From an uncultured Actinomycetota bacterium (GTDB lineage Bacteria; Actinomycetota; Acidimicrobiia; Acidimicrobiales; SZUA-35), in the NCBI GenBank assembly GCA_963732695.1, contig CAVTAP010000013.1, forward strand, positions 265,611 to 329,610: a stretch of DNA of 64,000 nt. Direction: 5' to 3'. Made by a program: the position numbers and the translations under genes. Of this stretch, positions 45,942-55,829 are shown piece after piece. The notes beneath the pieces are model-generated. The model saw nothing but the letters and a program-made list of their open reading frames with translations, searched no databases and had not been told where the DNA came from. Position 1 is the first letter of the stretch. Each line of letters opens with the position of its first letter.

Positions 45942-46486
45942 TCGCCGCGCTGGTCGGTCCGTCGGTGGCCCTGGCCGAGTCGCCCACGGCCCTGGCCTCG
46001 GAGCTGGCCATCGACGGGGCCTACGTGGCTCCCGAGCGCACCGACGTGGCCGAGGCCGACCTGGTGGAGCAGACCAACCACGCCCGGGCCCTCGGCCTGC
46101 GGCTCGTGGTGGTGGTACCCAACGATCCCCGCCCCAGTCCCGAGGCCTTCGCCCGCCGGATCCTGGAGGCCACGGACTCCGACGTGGCCCTGGTGTTCCC
46201 TGCCGGGGGCGGCCTGGAGGCCAGTGTGGCCGACGATCTCCAGAGCCCGAACCTGCGGGCCCTGTCGGCCGCCCGGTCCAAGGCCGATCCCGTGCTGGCC
46301 ACCGAGGTCTACATCGACACCGTGCTGGCCGAGCCGTCGCGCTCGGTGCCGGCTGTGGTGAGCCGCACCATCCTCGGTGTCCTCATCCTGGCTGTCGCCC
46401 TGGGGGCCGTGGTGCTGGCGGAGCAGGGCATCCGGCGGGGCACCCGCTCGCCCGGCGACCTGTCGCCCAAACGGGCGCGGGGGTAG
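45917..46486 (+). CDS. Membrane protein with N-terminal signal/anchor, TPM-like extracytoplasmic domain and C-terminal TM helix
   Basis: GVLGTAVIAALVGPSVALA, then ...LGLRLVVVVPNDP..., then ILGVLILAVALGAVVLA. There is no ATG or GTG with an upstream basic region; the track start is TTG. Confidence 0.5.
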   Translation: MGVLGTAVIAALVGPSVALAESPTALASELAIDGAYVAPERTDVAEADLVEQTNHARALGLRLVVVVPNDPRPSPEAFARRILEATDSDVALVFPAGGGLEASVADDLQSPNLRALSAARSKADPVLATEVYIDTVLAEPSRSVPAVVSRTILGVLILAVALGAVVLAEQGIRRGTRSPGDLSPKRARG

Positions 46487-46540
46487 GCCAGCCCCCCGGC
46501 AGGCCGGGGCGACCGACCGGGGGGCAGTAGGATCACAGCG

Positions 46541-47500
46541 ATGGTTGTCCCGCCGCCGACCAAGAACAAGGCGCCTCGCCGCGCCCGGGCCGATGCCCCC
46601 GATGCCGCCCCTGAACCTCTCGACCCCGGGGCCGGCACCGTCCCGGGAACCGACGCCGGCCCGACGGTGACCGGCACCAAGGTCCGTTCCCGCCGGTCCG
46701 TGGTGCTCGCGCTGCTGGTCCTGGCTGTGGTGATCGGCGCCGGCCTGGCCTGGGCCGCTGTCGACCGCGGTTCCGGGCCCCCCGGCTCCACTGCCACCGA
46801 CCCGGAGGCCACCGTCGCTCCGGCCGGCCCGGCGGCCGAACCGCCGCCGTCGTCGGTCGTGCCCGGCTCGGTGGTCACGGTCTCGGCCAGCCAGTCCACC
46901 GTGATCGTGGCCGGTGCCGTGCCCAGCCAGGCCATCGCCGAGGAGCTGGTGGGCCGGGCCGGTGCCGTGTACACCCTGGACCAGGTACAGAATCAGCTGG
47001 CCGCCGATCCCGCCACCCGGTCGCCCATCGTGGTGGTGGTGAAGGGCGCCACCACCGACCCCGCCCTCTTCAACCGGCTCACGTCGGCCTTCACCGGCAT
47101 CGTGGGGATCGACACGATCGAGCTGGCCGGGCTCCGGCTCGACGAGCCGAGCGAGTTGGAGGCGGCGCTGATGGCCCTGCCCTCGATCCAGTTCGCCCCG
47201 GCCACGGCCGGTCTCCTCCCCGAGTCGCTGCCGGTGCTCGACCAGATGACGGCCCTGCTGGCCGCCGCGCCCGGTACCGCCATCGAGATCGGGGCCCACA
47301 CCGACACGAGGGGCAGCGCCGAGGCCAACCGGGCGCTCAGCCAGGCCCGGGCCGACGCCGTGCTCGACGCCCTCACCCAGCGTGGGGTGGTGAACTCCAT
47401 GGCGGCCCGGGGCTTCGGCGAGAGCCGCCCCGCCGTCGTCCCCGACGACACCCCTCTCACCCAGGAGGTCAACCGCCGGGTCGAGCTCCGGGTCCTCTAA
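46541..47500 (+). CDS. OmpA/MotB-domain protein with TM anchor and BON-like domain (ArfA-like)
   Basis: The C-terminus reads IEIGAHTDTRGSAEANRALSQARADAV...NRRVELRV. TM helix SVVLALLVLAVVIGAGLAWAA. Confidence 0.85.
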   Translation: MVVPPPTKNKAPRRARADAPDAAPEPLDPGAGTVPGTDAGPTVTGTKVRSRRSVVLALLVLAVVIGAGLAWAAVDRGSGPPGSTATDPEATVAPAGPAAEPPPSSVVPGSVVTVSASQSTVIVAGAVPSQAIAEELVGRAGAVYTLDQVQNQLAADPATRSPIVVVVKGATTDPALFNRLTSAFTGIVGIDTIELAGLRLDEPSELEAALMALPSIQFAPATAGLLPESLPVLDQMTALLAAAPGTAIEIGAHTDTRGSAEANRALSQARADAVLDALTQRGVVNSMAARGFGESRPAVVPDDTPLTQEVNRRVELRVL

Positions 47501-48197
47501 CCTTCCCGTGCTCGATCCCGTGCTCCACGATCCAGGCGTGCATGGCGATGCCGGCGGCGACGCCGGCGTTGATCGAGCGGGTGGACCCGAACTGGGGGAT
47601 CGAGCGGCACTCGGTCACCGCCGCCCGCATCCCGGCCGACAGGCCGGGCCCCTCCTGGCCGAACACCAGCACGCAGGCCCGGGGCAGCGGTGCCTCGCCC
47701 AGGGGCCGGGAGCCGGGGAGGTTGTCGATCCCCACCAGGGGCAGCCCGGCGCCGTCGGCCCACGCCGCCAGCTCCTCCGGCGTGGCGTGGTGGCGGATGT
47801 GCTGGTAGCGGTCGGTCACCATCGCCCCCCGCCGGTTCCAGCGCCGCCGCCCCACGATGTGCACCTCGGCGGCCAGGAAGGCGTTGGCCGTGCGCACCAC
47901 GGTGCCGATGTTCATGTCGTGCTGCCAGTTCTCGATGGCCACGTGGAAGGGGTGGCGGCGGGTGTCGAGATCGGCCCGGATGGCCTCCACCGTCCAGTAG
48001 CGGTAGGCGTCCACCACGTTGCGGCGGTCGCCGCCGGCCAGCAACTCGGGGTCGAGGCGGGGGTCGTCGGGCCACGGCCGGGGATGGGGGCCCACGCCGA
48101 TCCCGTCGCCCGGCTCACCACCGGGCCTATCACCGGACCAGCCACCGGTCTCGTCATCGGACTCGTCAGGAAGGTCCACCGCGTTCCGCCCGATCAT
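47469..48197 (-). CDS. TrmH/SpoU-family RNA 2'-O-methyltransferase
   Basis: NIGTVVRTANAF, VFGQEGPGLS and IPQFGSTRSINAGVAAGIAMH. Confidence 0.85.
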   Translation of the reverse strand: MIGRNAVDLPDESDDETGGWSGDRPGGEPGDGIGVGPHPRPWPDDPRLDPELLAGGDRRNVVDAYRYWTVEAIRADLDTRRHPFHVAIENWQHDMNIGTVVRTANAFLAAEVHIVGRRRWNRRGAMVTDRYQHIRHHATPEELAAWADGAGLPLVGIDNLPGSRPLGEAPLPRACVLVFGQEGPGLSAGMRAAVTECRSIPQFGSTRSINAGVAAGIAMHAWIVEHGIEHGKVRGPGARPGG

Positions 48198-48222
48198 CGT
48201 GTCGCGCCGGCGGCCGGCCGGC

Positions 48223-48720
48223 TCAGGCCCCGCCGGGAGCCGTCGTGAACGGGGCGGGCACCGCTCCGGTGATGGCGACCAGCCGGTCGGGGGCGATGGG
48301 GAACACGTGGCGGGGGGTACCGGCGGCGGCCCACACCTCGTCGAAGCCGAGCAGGTGGGGGTCGACCCAGGTCCGGACCGGATGGTCGTGGCCGAACGGG
48401 GGCACCCCGCCGATGGCGTAGCCGGTGACGGCCCGCACCCGGTCGGCGTCGGCCCGGCCGCAGCGGCCGGCTCCGGCCAGGCGGGCCAGGGCCTCGGGGT
48501 CGACCTGGTGGGCCCCGCTGGTGAGGGCGAGCACGATCTCGTCGTCGGCGGCGAAGATCATCGACTTCACGATCTGATCGACGGCGCAGCCCACGGCGGC
48601 GGCGGCATCCTCCGCGGTGCGGGTGCCGTCGGGGAACTCGGCCACGGCGAGGGTGAGGCCGTGCCCGGCGGCGGCCTCCACCACCCGGGCGGCGCTGGTG
48701 GGCAACGAGGTGGGTGACAT
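48223..48720 (-). CDS. YbaK/EbsC-type aminoacyl-tRNA editing domain protein
   Basis: IVKSMIF...TGYAIGGVPPFGH blocks. Confidence 0.8.
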   Translation of the reverse strand: MSPTSLPTSAARVVEAAAGHGLTLAVAEFPDGTRTAEDAAAAVGCAVDQIVKSMIFAADDEIVLALTSGAHQVDPEALARLAGAGRCGRADADRVRAVTGYAIGGVPPFGHDHPVRTWVDPHLLGFDEVWAAAGTPRHVFPIAPDRLVAITGAVPAPFTTAPGGA

Positions 48721-48791
48721 CGTCTCCGACGGTAGCGACCGTGATGGGCCGTACGGCTCAAGACGGGCCCGCTTCCGCCGATGGCCGGAGC

Positions 48792-50060
48792 ATGGCTCGA
48801 CCGCTGGGAGTAGTGCTGTTCGTGGGCTTGGCCCTGGTGTCGATCACCTGGTCGGTGACCAACATGCCCGAACCCACCGTCACCCTGGCCTACACCGGCG
48901 ATCCGGCCGGCTCCGGCACCGGTGGAGCCGGCAACGGCACCGGCGGAGCCGGCAACGGCACCGGCGGAGCCGGCAACGGGGAGGCGGCGCTCGGGGGTCT
49001 CGAGGATCCCGCCCCCGACGACGGTGGCGGCTCGGAGCTGGTGGACGTGCTGGCCCGGTCGGGCTTCGAGAGCCGCCAGGACCTGCTGGTGCCGGTGGGC
49101 CCCGGCCTGGAGGCCGGCCTGTACCGGGTGGCCGCGGTGGAGCCCCCCACCACCAAGCACCGCAAGACCACGTCGAGCACCACCGTCCCCTCCACCACCA
49201 AGGCCGGCACCAAGGCGGGCAAGACGGGGACCAAGACCACCAAGGGCAAGAAGGGCGCCGATCCCGTGCTCGGTCAGCGCGGCAGCCCCCGCCAGGCCCC
49301 TACCCCGGAGAACGTCGACCTCCACGTGGAGGGTGGCACCGGGCCGGTGACGCCGGTGGTGGATCGGGGCGAGATCGAGCCCGGCCTCTACGCCACCACC
49401 TACGACGCCGCCGGGTGCAGCTACCAGCTGACCAGGGTGATGGCCGACCGCACCGTGGCCGTGATCGGTGAGGATTCGCTGGGCTCGGGCCGGATGCTGG
49501 TGAACATCAACGACCTCGAGCCCGACTGGTTCACCTCCAGCAGCGGGTGCGGCGCCTGGTACCGGTGGACGGCGCTGAGCGTGCCCCTGACCCGGGCCGG
49601 CAACGGCGACTACTGGGTGGGCGACCTGGCCAAGGGCGTGTGGCAGCTCTCCTCGGGCTGCCGGTGGGAGAAGGTGGTCAGCTTCCGGGGCGCCATGCTC
49701 CACGACGTCACCGCCTACGGCACGGCCCCCCGGCCGCTCATCGTGGACGACGACACCTTCGGGGTCCGGATCCGGGGCTGCTCCGGGGAGCTCACCCTCG
49801 ACCTGAAGGCCACCGAGCTGTGGGTTACCGAGGAGGCGCTGCGGGCCGAGACGGGCCAGCGGGGCGGCGACGACGGCCGGACCACGTCCACCCACGCCAA
49901 GGCCAAGGCCAAGCCGAAGGCCAAGCGCAAGCCAACGACCACCACCACCGCCGTCGCCCCGGCCGAGACCACCCCGGCGCCGGCACCCGAACCGACCCCG
50001 GCGCCCGAGCCGGCTCCGACCCCCGCGCCCACCAACCCCGCGCCCACTCCCACGGGCTGA
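48792..50060 (+). CDS. Membrane-anchored hypothetical protein with Gly-rich tandem repeat, Lys/Thr-rich segments and a four-Cys domain
   Basis: ATG 48792 (MARPLGVVLFVGLALVSITWSV). GTGGAGN x3. TKAGTKAGKTGTKTTKGKKG and HAKAKAKPKAKRKP. I recognise no family. Confidence 0.6.
   Translation: MARPLGVVLFVGLALVSITWSVTNMPEPTVTLAYTGDPAGSGTGGAGNGTGGAGNGTGGAGNGEAALGGLEDPAPDDGGGSELVDVLARSGFESRQDLLVPVGPGLEAGLYRVAAVEPPTTKHRKTTSSTTVPSTTKAGTKAGKTGTKTTKGKKGADPVLGQRGSPRQAPTPENVDLHVEGGTGPVTPVVDRGEIEPGLYATTYDAAGCSYQLTRVMADRTVAVIGEDSLGSGRMLVNINDLEPDWFTSSSGCGAWYRWTALSVPLTRAGNGDYWVGDLAKGVWQLSSGCRWEKVVSFRGAMLHDVTAYGTAPRPLIVDDDTFGVRIRGCSGELTLDLKATELWVTEEALRAETGQRGGDDGRTTSTHAKAKAKPKAKRKPTTTTTAVAPAETTPAPAPEPTPAPEPAPTPAPTNPAPTPTG
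48915..48977 (+). repeat. In-frame 21-bp tandem repeat x3 (ggcaccggYggagccggcaac)
   Basis: Read directly. Encodes GTGGAGN three times. Confidence 0.9.
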
Positions 50061-50082
50061 GCCCGACGAGCTGAGCCGACAG

Positions 50083-51399
50083 TCAGAAGCGGATGCCGGT
50101 GGGATCCTGCCCGGCCTGGCGCATGCCCCGGGCCACGTCGACCGGCAGCAGCAGGGCGGTGCCGGCCACGAAGAACACGATCAGCGACAGGATGGCCTGG
50201 CGTTGGGAGCCGAGCACCTGGTTGGCGATGCCGAAGGCGGCCGGCCCCAACCACGACGTCCCCCGCGACGAGATCTCGTAGAACCCGAAGTACTCGGCCT
50301 CCCGCCCGGCCGGGATCATCTGGGCGAACAGCGACCGGGCCAGGGCCTGGGCCCCGCCCAGCACGAGGGCCAGGAACACGCCCAGCACCCACAGCTCGGG
50401 GATCGAGTCGAGGGCGGCGAAGGCGTAGACCACCAGGACGATCCAGACCACGAGGTTGGCCACCAGCGTGCGCTTGGCTCCGGCCCGCCGGGCCACCCGG
50501 GCGAAGGCCAGGGCCCCGCCGATGCCGACGAACTGGATGAGCAGCACCACGCCCAACAGGGTGGTGGCGCTGGCGTCGAGCTCGTCGGCGGCGAACGAGG
50601 TGGACACCGTGATCACGGTGAGGATTCCGTCGGCGAACAGGAGGTAGGCCATCAGGTAGCGGAACGCCTCCGGCTGGTTGCGCCGCATCTCCCGCAGGGT
50701 GGCCAGGGCCGAGCCGAAGCTGAAGCGCATCCAGCCCAGCCCCGCCGGCTTGGCCCGCAGGGCGGGCCGGGGCCGCAGCATGCGCCCCGGGAACAACCAG
50801 AAGAACAGGGCGCACCACAACCCGGTGGCGCCCAGGCACAGGCGCACGGCCAGCGCCGTGTCGCTCATGAACGAGATGAGGGCGAAGTTGGCGGCCAACC
50901 ACAGGCCCCCGCCGGCGTAGCCGTAGGCGTAGGCCACCGAGCTGATCCGGTCCCGCTCCCCGGGCCCGGCCAACTCGGGCAGGAAGGAGTTGTAGACCAC
51001 CGAGGCGGCCGAGAAGGCCACGCTGGCCAGCACGAACAGCGCCCCGCCGAGCACCACGGTGGATCCCGTGACGGCGAACAGGCCGGTCAACAGCACGCTG
51101 CCGGCGTAGGCCAGCGTCATCATCAGCCGCTTCTTGTGGGTGGTGTGGTCGGCCACCGCTCCCAGCACCGGCAGGAACAGCACCTGCACGATCGTCGCCA
51201 GCGACACGGCGAAGGGAAAGAACGAGGCGGGAGCGATCCGCAGCCCGGCCAGGCGCACCCCGTCGGACTTCTCGGCCAGATCGAGCAGATACGGCCCGAG
51301 CAGCGCCGTGACCACCGTGGTGTCGAAGGCCGACCACGCCCAGTCGTACAGCTGCCAGCCGCGAATCTCGCGTGATGTTGAGATCCCGGCGGCGGTCAT
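50083..51399 (-). CDS. MFS transporter (UMF1/Atg22-like family)
   Basis: 438 aa from ATG 51399 (MTAAGISTSREIRGWQLYDWAWSAFDTT...). 12-TM pattern. The longer ORF reading through 51561 overlaps the tRNA. Confidence 0.85.
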   Translation of the reverse strand: MTAAGISTSREIRGWQLYDWAWSAFDTTVVTALLGPYLLDLAEKSDGVRLAGLRIAPASFFPFAVSLATIVQVLFLPVLGAVADHTTHKKRLMMTLAYAGSVLLTGLFAVTGSTVVLGGALFVLASVAFSAASVVYNSFLPELAGPGERDRISSVAYAYGYAGGGLWLAANFALISFMSDTALAVRLCLGATGLWCALFFWLFPGRMLRPRPALRAKPAGLGWMRFSFGSALATLREMRRNQPEAFRYLMAYLLFADGILTVITVSTSFAADELDASATTLLGVVLLIQFVGIGGALAFARVARRAGAKRTLVANLVVWIVLVVYAFAALDSIPELWVLGVFLALVLGGAQALARSLFAQMIPAGREAEYFGFYEISSRGTSWLGPAAFGIANQVLGSQRQAILSLIVFFVAGTALLLPVDVARGMRQAGQDPTGIRF

Positions 51400-51407
51400 T
51401 TGTCTTG

Positions 51408-51491
<84 letters not shown>

Positions 51492-51629
51492 GAGTGGTGC
51501 CGAGGCATCGTAGCGGAGGTTCGCCTGCTCGACACCGATCTTTCGCCGAACGGTGCCGCACCCAGGCGAGCGCAAGCCGGACGTCGTTCGTGGCATGCTG
51601 GTCGCCAGCTACAAGCCCCTTGGTAGAGG

Positions 51630-52298
51630 ATGGCAGTGGTCTTACGAAGTTTCGAGGATCGCCTGGAACGACTGGTGGAGGGGATGTTCGCCCGCGCTTT
51701 CCGAAGCGGCCTGCAACCGGTGGAGATCGGTCGTCGGCTCATAAAAGAGATGGACACCAGCCGCACGATCGACGTGCGGGGTCAGGCGCTGGCCCCGAAC
51801 CGGTTCGTGATCCGGGTGTCGGTCGAGGACCATGCCCGGTTCGGCCAGGTGCAGCAGTCGCTCACCAACGAGCTCACCGCCATCGTGCGGGACCACGCCA
51901 AGGCCGAAGGTCTCGGGTTCCTGGGCCGGGTCTCGGTGGAGCTCCAGGCCGACCACAACCTCAAGGTCGGGCTGTTCCGGGTCCACCCCTCGTACGACGA
52001 GCGGATCCCGGTGGCCGAGCCCACGGCCTGGCTCGAGGGCCCCGACGGTGCCCATCACCTCCTCACCGGCATGGTGTCCACCATCGGCCGCCTGTCCGAC
52101 TCCGACATCGTCATCAACGATCAGAACGTTTCCCGGCGCCACGCCGAGCTCCACGCAGCCGGCGACGGCTACGAGCTCATCGATCTCGGGTCCACCAACG
52201 GAAGCAAGGTGAACGGCCAGAGGATCCAACGTTGCGCACTGTCCGACGGCGACCAGGTGACGTTCGGTGCGATCACCCTGCGATTCAGACGGCTCTGA
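51630..52298 (+). CDS. fhaA: FhaA-like protein (DUF3662 N-terminal domain plus C-terminal FHA domain)
   Basis: FEDRLERLVEGMFARAF N-terminus. FHA core IGRLSDSDIVINDQNVSRRHAEL...DLGSTNGSKVNG. Confidence 0.85.
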   Translation: MAVVLRSFEDRLERLVEGMFARAFRSGLQPVEIGRRLIKEMDTSRTIDVRGQALAPNRFVIRVSVEDHARFGQVQQSLTNELTAIVRDHAKAEGLGFLGRVSVELQADHNLKVGLFRVHPSYDERIPVAEPTAWLEGPDGAHHLLTGMVSTIGRLSDSDIVINDQNVSRRHAELHAAGDGYELIDLGSTNGSKVNGQRIQRCALSDGDQVTFGAITLRFRRL

Positions 52299-52336
52299 GC
52301 CCACGGTGGGCCTGAACCTGGCTAGCCTGCGCACTG

Positions 52337-52831
52337 GTGACCGATGCCCTACTCACGCTTCTCAAGTGGTGCCTGCTCGGTCTTCTCTATTTGTTCTTCT
52401 TCCGGGTGCTCCAGGCCACCTGGGCCGGATCCCGTCCGGTGGCCGCCGTTCGCCGGGTGGCGGCGGCCGTGCCCGATGCCGGAGCGCCGGCCCGCGGGAG
52501 ATCGCGGCGCGGCGGTGGGGGGCGGGCGGCCAAGGGTCGTCAGGGCCCGCCCAAGCTGGTCATGGTCGAGCCCCCGGCTCTGGCCGGTCGGGAGTACGTC
52601 GTGAACGGTGAGCTCACCATCGGCCGGGCCGCCAGCTGCCACGTGACCCTGGACGACACCTACATATCCCAGCTCCATGCCCGGATCTGGCTCGACGGAG
52701 ACCAGGTGGCGGTGGAAGACCTGGGCTCCACGAACGGCACCTACCTCAACAACCAGCGGGTCACCACCAAGCAGTTCGCCTCCTTCGGTGACCAGCTCCG
52801 CCTCGGCGGGATCGTGATGGAGCTCCGCTGA
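52337..52831 (+). CDS. fhaB: FhaB/FipA-like membrane-anchored FHA domain protein
   Basis: N-terminal TM helix LLTLLKWCLLGLLYLFFF. FHA core IGRAASCHVTLDDTYISQLHARI...DLGSTNGTYLNN. Confidence 0.85.
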   Translation: MTDALLTLLKWCLLGLLYLFFFRVLQATWAGSRPVAAVRRVAAAVPDAGAPARGRSRRGGGGRAAKGRQGPPKLVMVEPPALAGREYVVNGELTIGRAASCHVTLDDTYISQLHARIWLDGDQVAVEDLGSTNGTYLNNQRVTTKQFASFGDQLRLGGIVMELR

Positions 52832-54520
52832 TGGAACTGCTCGGTGCCACCGTCACCCATGTGGGCAACGTGCGGGAGTCCAACCAGGACCGCGGCCACT
52901 TCGGCGGCTTCGTGGCCGTCGTGGCCGACGGCATGGGCGGCCACCAGGGCGGAGAGACGGCGGCCACCATCGCCATCTCCGAGTTCGTCGGCATCACCGA
53001 CCCCGTCGGCCCCAGCGGCCTGGTCGAGCTGGTGGAAGACGCCAACCGGGCCGTGTTCGAACGGGCCGCCGACCCCGACCTGCGGGGCATGGGCACCACG
53101 CTGGTGGCGCTCACCCTGCGGCCGGCCGAAGGCAAGATCAGCGTGGTCAACGTGGGCGACAGCCGGGCCTACGTGGTCGACGGGCACTCGCTCCAGCAGC
53201 TCACCAACGACCACAGCCTGGTGGAAGACCTGGTACGCCAGAAGCGGCTGACCCCCGAGGAGGCGGCCCACCACCCCCAGCGCAACATCCTCACCCGGGC
53301 CCTCGGCATCTCGTCCCACGTCGAGGTCGACCAGTTCCTCCGCCAGACACGGGTGGGCGACCGGTTCCTGCTCTGCAGCGACGGCCTGTTCAACGAGGTG
53401 TCGGAAGAAGACATCCTCCGCATCCTCACCAGCTTCGTCTCCCCGCTGGAAGCGGCCCAGACGCTGGTGGCCTCGGCCCTGTCGGGCGCCGGCCGCGACA
53501 ACATCACCGTGGTGGTGGTCGACGTGGTGGAAGACGGTCACGGCGGATCGCTCACGCCCACGGCCGAGGCCGTCACCGTGCCGGCCATGCCCGCGGCGCT
53601 GGTCGACACCGATCCCGCCGCCCTGGCCGACGCCGGATTCGACAACGGCCAGGGGGCGGCCGTGCCGCCGGCCGGTGCCCCCCACGGCGGCGTCCCCGCC
53701 GCCGGCCTCTACGCCGACGCCGGCCAGAGCCACCGCCCGCCATCGCTGGCCCGCCCGGCCGGCAGCGTGCTCGAGCTCGACACCGCCTCCCCCACCCCCC
53801 TCCGCCGGCAGGAGCTGTCGGGCTGGAGCAGCAGCCCACGGTGGGCCTGGAGGGAGCGGGCGCCGACCACACGATGGTGGCCCACACCGTGCCGGTGCCC
53901 GATTCGGCCGTGGCCACCGCCGAGATCGCCAGCGAGCCCCCTGGGGCCCCTACACCTTCGAGCCCGATCGGCCGGAACCCCGACGGGGCCGGAGGGCGTT
54001 CGCCCTGGTGGCGCTGGGCGTTCTGCTGGGCGCGCTGGTGGCGGCGGCCTATCTGGGGGTCGGCTACTACTACCAGGCGAAGTGGTTCGTGACGCAGGTC
54101 GACGGCCAGGTGGCGATGTTCCAAGGCCGCCCCGGTGGCCTGCTGTGGCTCGAGCCGGAACGGGTGCCCCTGGATGGCCCGAACGTCGACACCCTCATCC
54201 CCCAGGACAAGGAACGGGTGGCCGAAGACCGCCCGCAGGAGTTCGATTCGAAGGCCGAGGCCACCGCCTTCGTCGACTCGTTGATGCTGGCCGAGGAGAT
54301 CGTGAAGGACCCGGCGGCGCAACTGGGCGGGGTCGAGGCCTCCACCAGCACCGTCCCGGGAGACCCCAACGCCGTCACCACCACCGTGCCGGTCGGCGGG
54401 CTGGTCACCGTGCCCGGAGCGGCCGGGGCCGCCGGCGGGGCCGAACCTGCCTCTCCCGCTTCCACCGCCACCGCGGCCACCGCCGCCAGCGCCGGCTCGT
54501 CCACCTCCTCAGCCGGCTGA
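52831..54520 (+). pseudogene. pstP: PP2C-family Ser/Thr phosphatase PstP (catalytic domain, linker, TM helix, extracellular domain); two frameshifts in the linker in this assembly
   Basis: RESNQD, ADGMGGH, DGLF and GRDNITVVVVD motifs. The linker continues in a second frame (LEQQPTVGLEGAGADHTMVAH...) and the TM plus C-terminal domain in a third (PYTFEPDRPEPRRGRRAFALVALGVLLGALVAAAYLG...). The shifts fall at C/G runs near 53790-53800 and 53935-53950. Confidence 0.85.
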
Positions 54521-54521
54521 G

Positions 54522-55829
54522 ATGGCGCCCCGGCGCCTGGAGCTCGGCCTGCTCATCCTGGGCACGCTGATCACAGCCCTGGCCTACGGCCTGCTCAACA
54601 TCGACGACACGGTGAGCGCCCGGGCCGACGTGGCCGTGTTCTTCGGCGTGATCCTTCTGCTCCTCCTGGGGGCCCATCTCGTCATCCGGTTCGTGGCCCC
54701 CAACGCCGACGGCCTCCTGCTCCCCCTGGCCGCCCTGCTCAACGGGCTGGGCTACGTGGTGATCGCCCGCCTCGACCCCGGCCTGGCCGACAGCCAGGCG
54801 GCCTGGACGTTCATCGGCATCGGGGCCTTCAGCGCCGTGCTGCTCCTCCTGCCGGACCTGCGGTGGCTGGCCGACTTCCGCTACACGCTCGCCCTGCTGG
54901 GCGTGGCCATGCTGCTGCTGCCGCTGATCCCGGGCCTGGGCCGCACGATCAACGGGGCCCGGATCTGGCTGCGGGCCGGGCCGTTCTCCATTCAGCCCGG
55001 TGAGTTCGCCAAGATCGTGCTGGCCGCCTTCCTGGCGGGGTATCTCACCGACAAGCGCGAGCTGCTCACGATTTCCAACCGCCGGCTGGGCCCGCTGAAC
55101 GTGCCCGATTTCAAGCACTTCGGGCCGATGCTCCTGGCCCTCGGGGTGGCCCTGATGGTGATGGTGTTCCAGCGTGACCTGGGATCGTCGCTGCTGTTCT
55201 TCACCCTGTTCCTGGTGATGTTCTACGTGGCCACGGGCCGGGCCGCCTACGTTGCCGCCGGCCTGGTGCTGTTCTCCGGCGCCTCGTTCCTGTCGTGGAG
55301 GCTCTTCTCCCACGTCCAGCGGCGGGTCGACATCTGGCTCCATCCGTTCGCCGATCCCAAGGACAAGGGGTTCCAGATCGTCGAGGCCTGGTTCGGGCTG
55401 GCCGACGGGGGCGTCACCGGCACCGGACTGGGGCGGGGTCTGCCCACCAAGGTCCCCTACGCCGAGACCGACATGATCTTCGCCGCCATCGGCGAGGAAC
55501 TCGGCCTGCTGGGGGCGACGGCGGTGCTGGCGGCCTTCATGTTCCTGGTGGCCGCCGGGTTCCGGGTGGCGGCCTCGGCCCACCGCCCGTTCGAGAAGCT
55601 GCTGGCCACCGGCCTCACGTCTCTGCTCGGCTTCCAGGCCTTCATCATCGTCGGCGGGGTGCTGCGGGTGCTGCCCCTCACCGGCGTGACCCTGCCCTAC
55701 GTGTCCTACGGCGGGTCGTCGCTGATCTCGAACTACGTGATCCTGGCTCTGCTGGTGCGGATCTCGGATTCCTCGGCCCGTTCCGAGGCGGCGGCGGCCG
55801 CCGCCACGGCCCAGCCGGTACTGGTGTGA
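54522..55829 (+). CDS. rodA: FtsW/RodA/SpoVE-family peptidoglycan polymerase (SEDS)
   Basis: 435 aa, about 10 TM helices. Blocks IQPGEFAKI and LPLTGVTLPYVSYGGSS. Confidence 0.9.
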   Translation: MAPRRLELGLLILGTLITALAYGLLNIDDTVSARADVAVFFGVILLLLLGAHLVIRFVAPNADGLLLPLAALLNGLGYVVIARLDPGLADSQAAWTFIGIGAFSAVLLLLPDLRWLADFRYTLALLGVAMLLLPLIPGLGRTINGARIWLRAGPFSIQPGEFAKIVLAAFLAGYLTDKRELLTISNRRLGPLNVPDFKHFGPMLLALGVALMVMVFQRDLGSSLLFFTLFLVMFYVATGRAAYVAAGLVLFSGASFLSWRLFSHVQRRVDIWLHPFADPKDKGFQIVEAWFGLADGGVTGTGLGRGLPTKVPYAETDMIFAAIGEELGLLGATAVLAAFMFLVAAGFRVAASAHRPFEKLLATGLTSLLGFQAFIIVGGVLRVLPLTGVTLPYVSYGGSSLISNYVILALLVRISDSSARSEAAAAAATAQPVLV

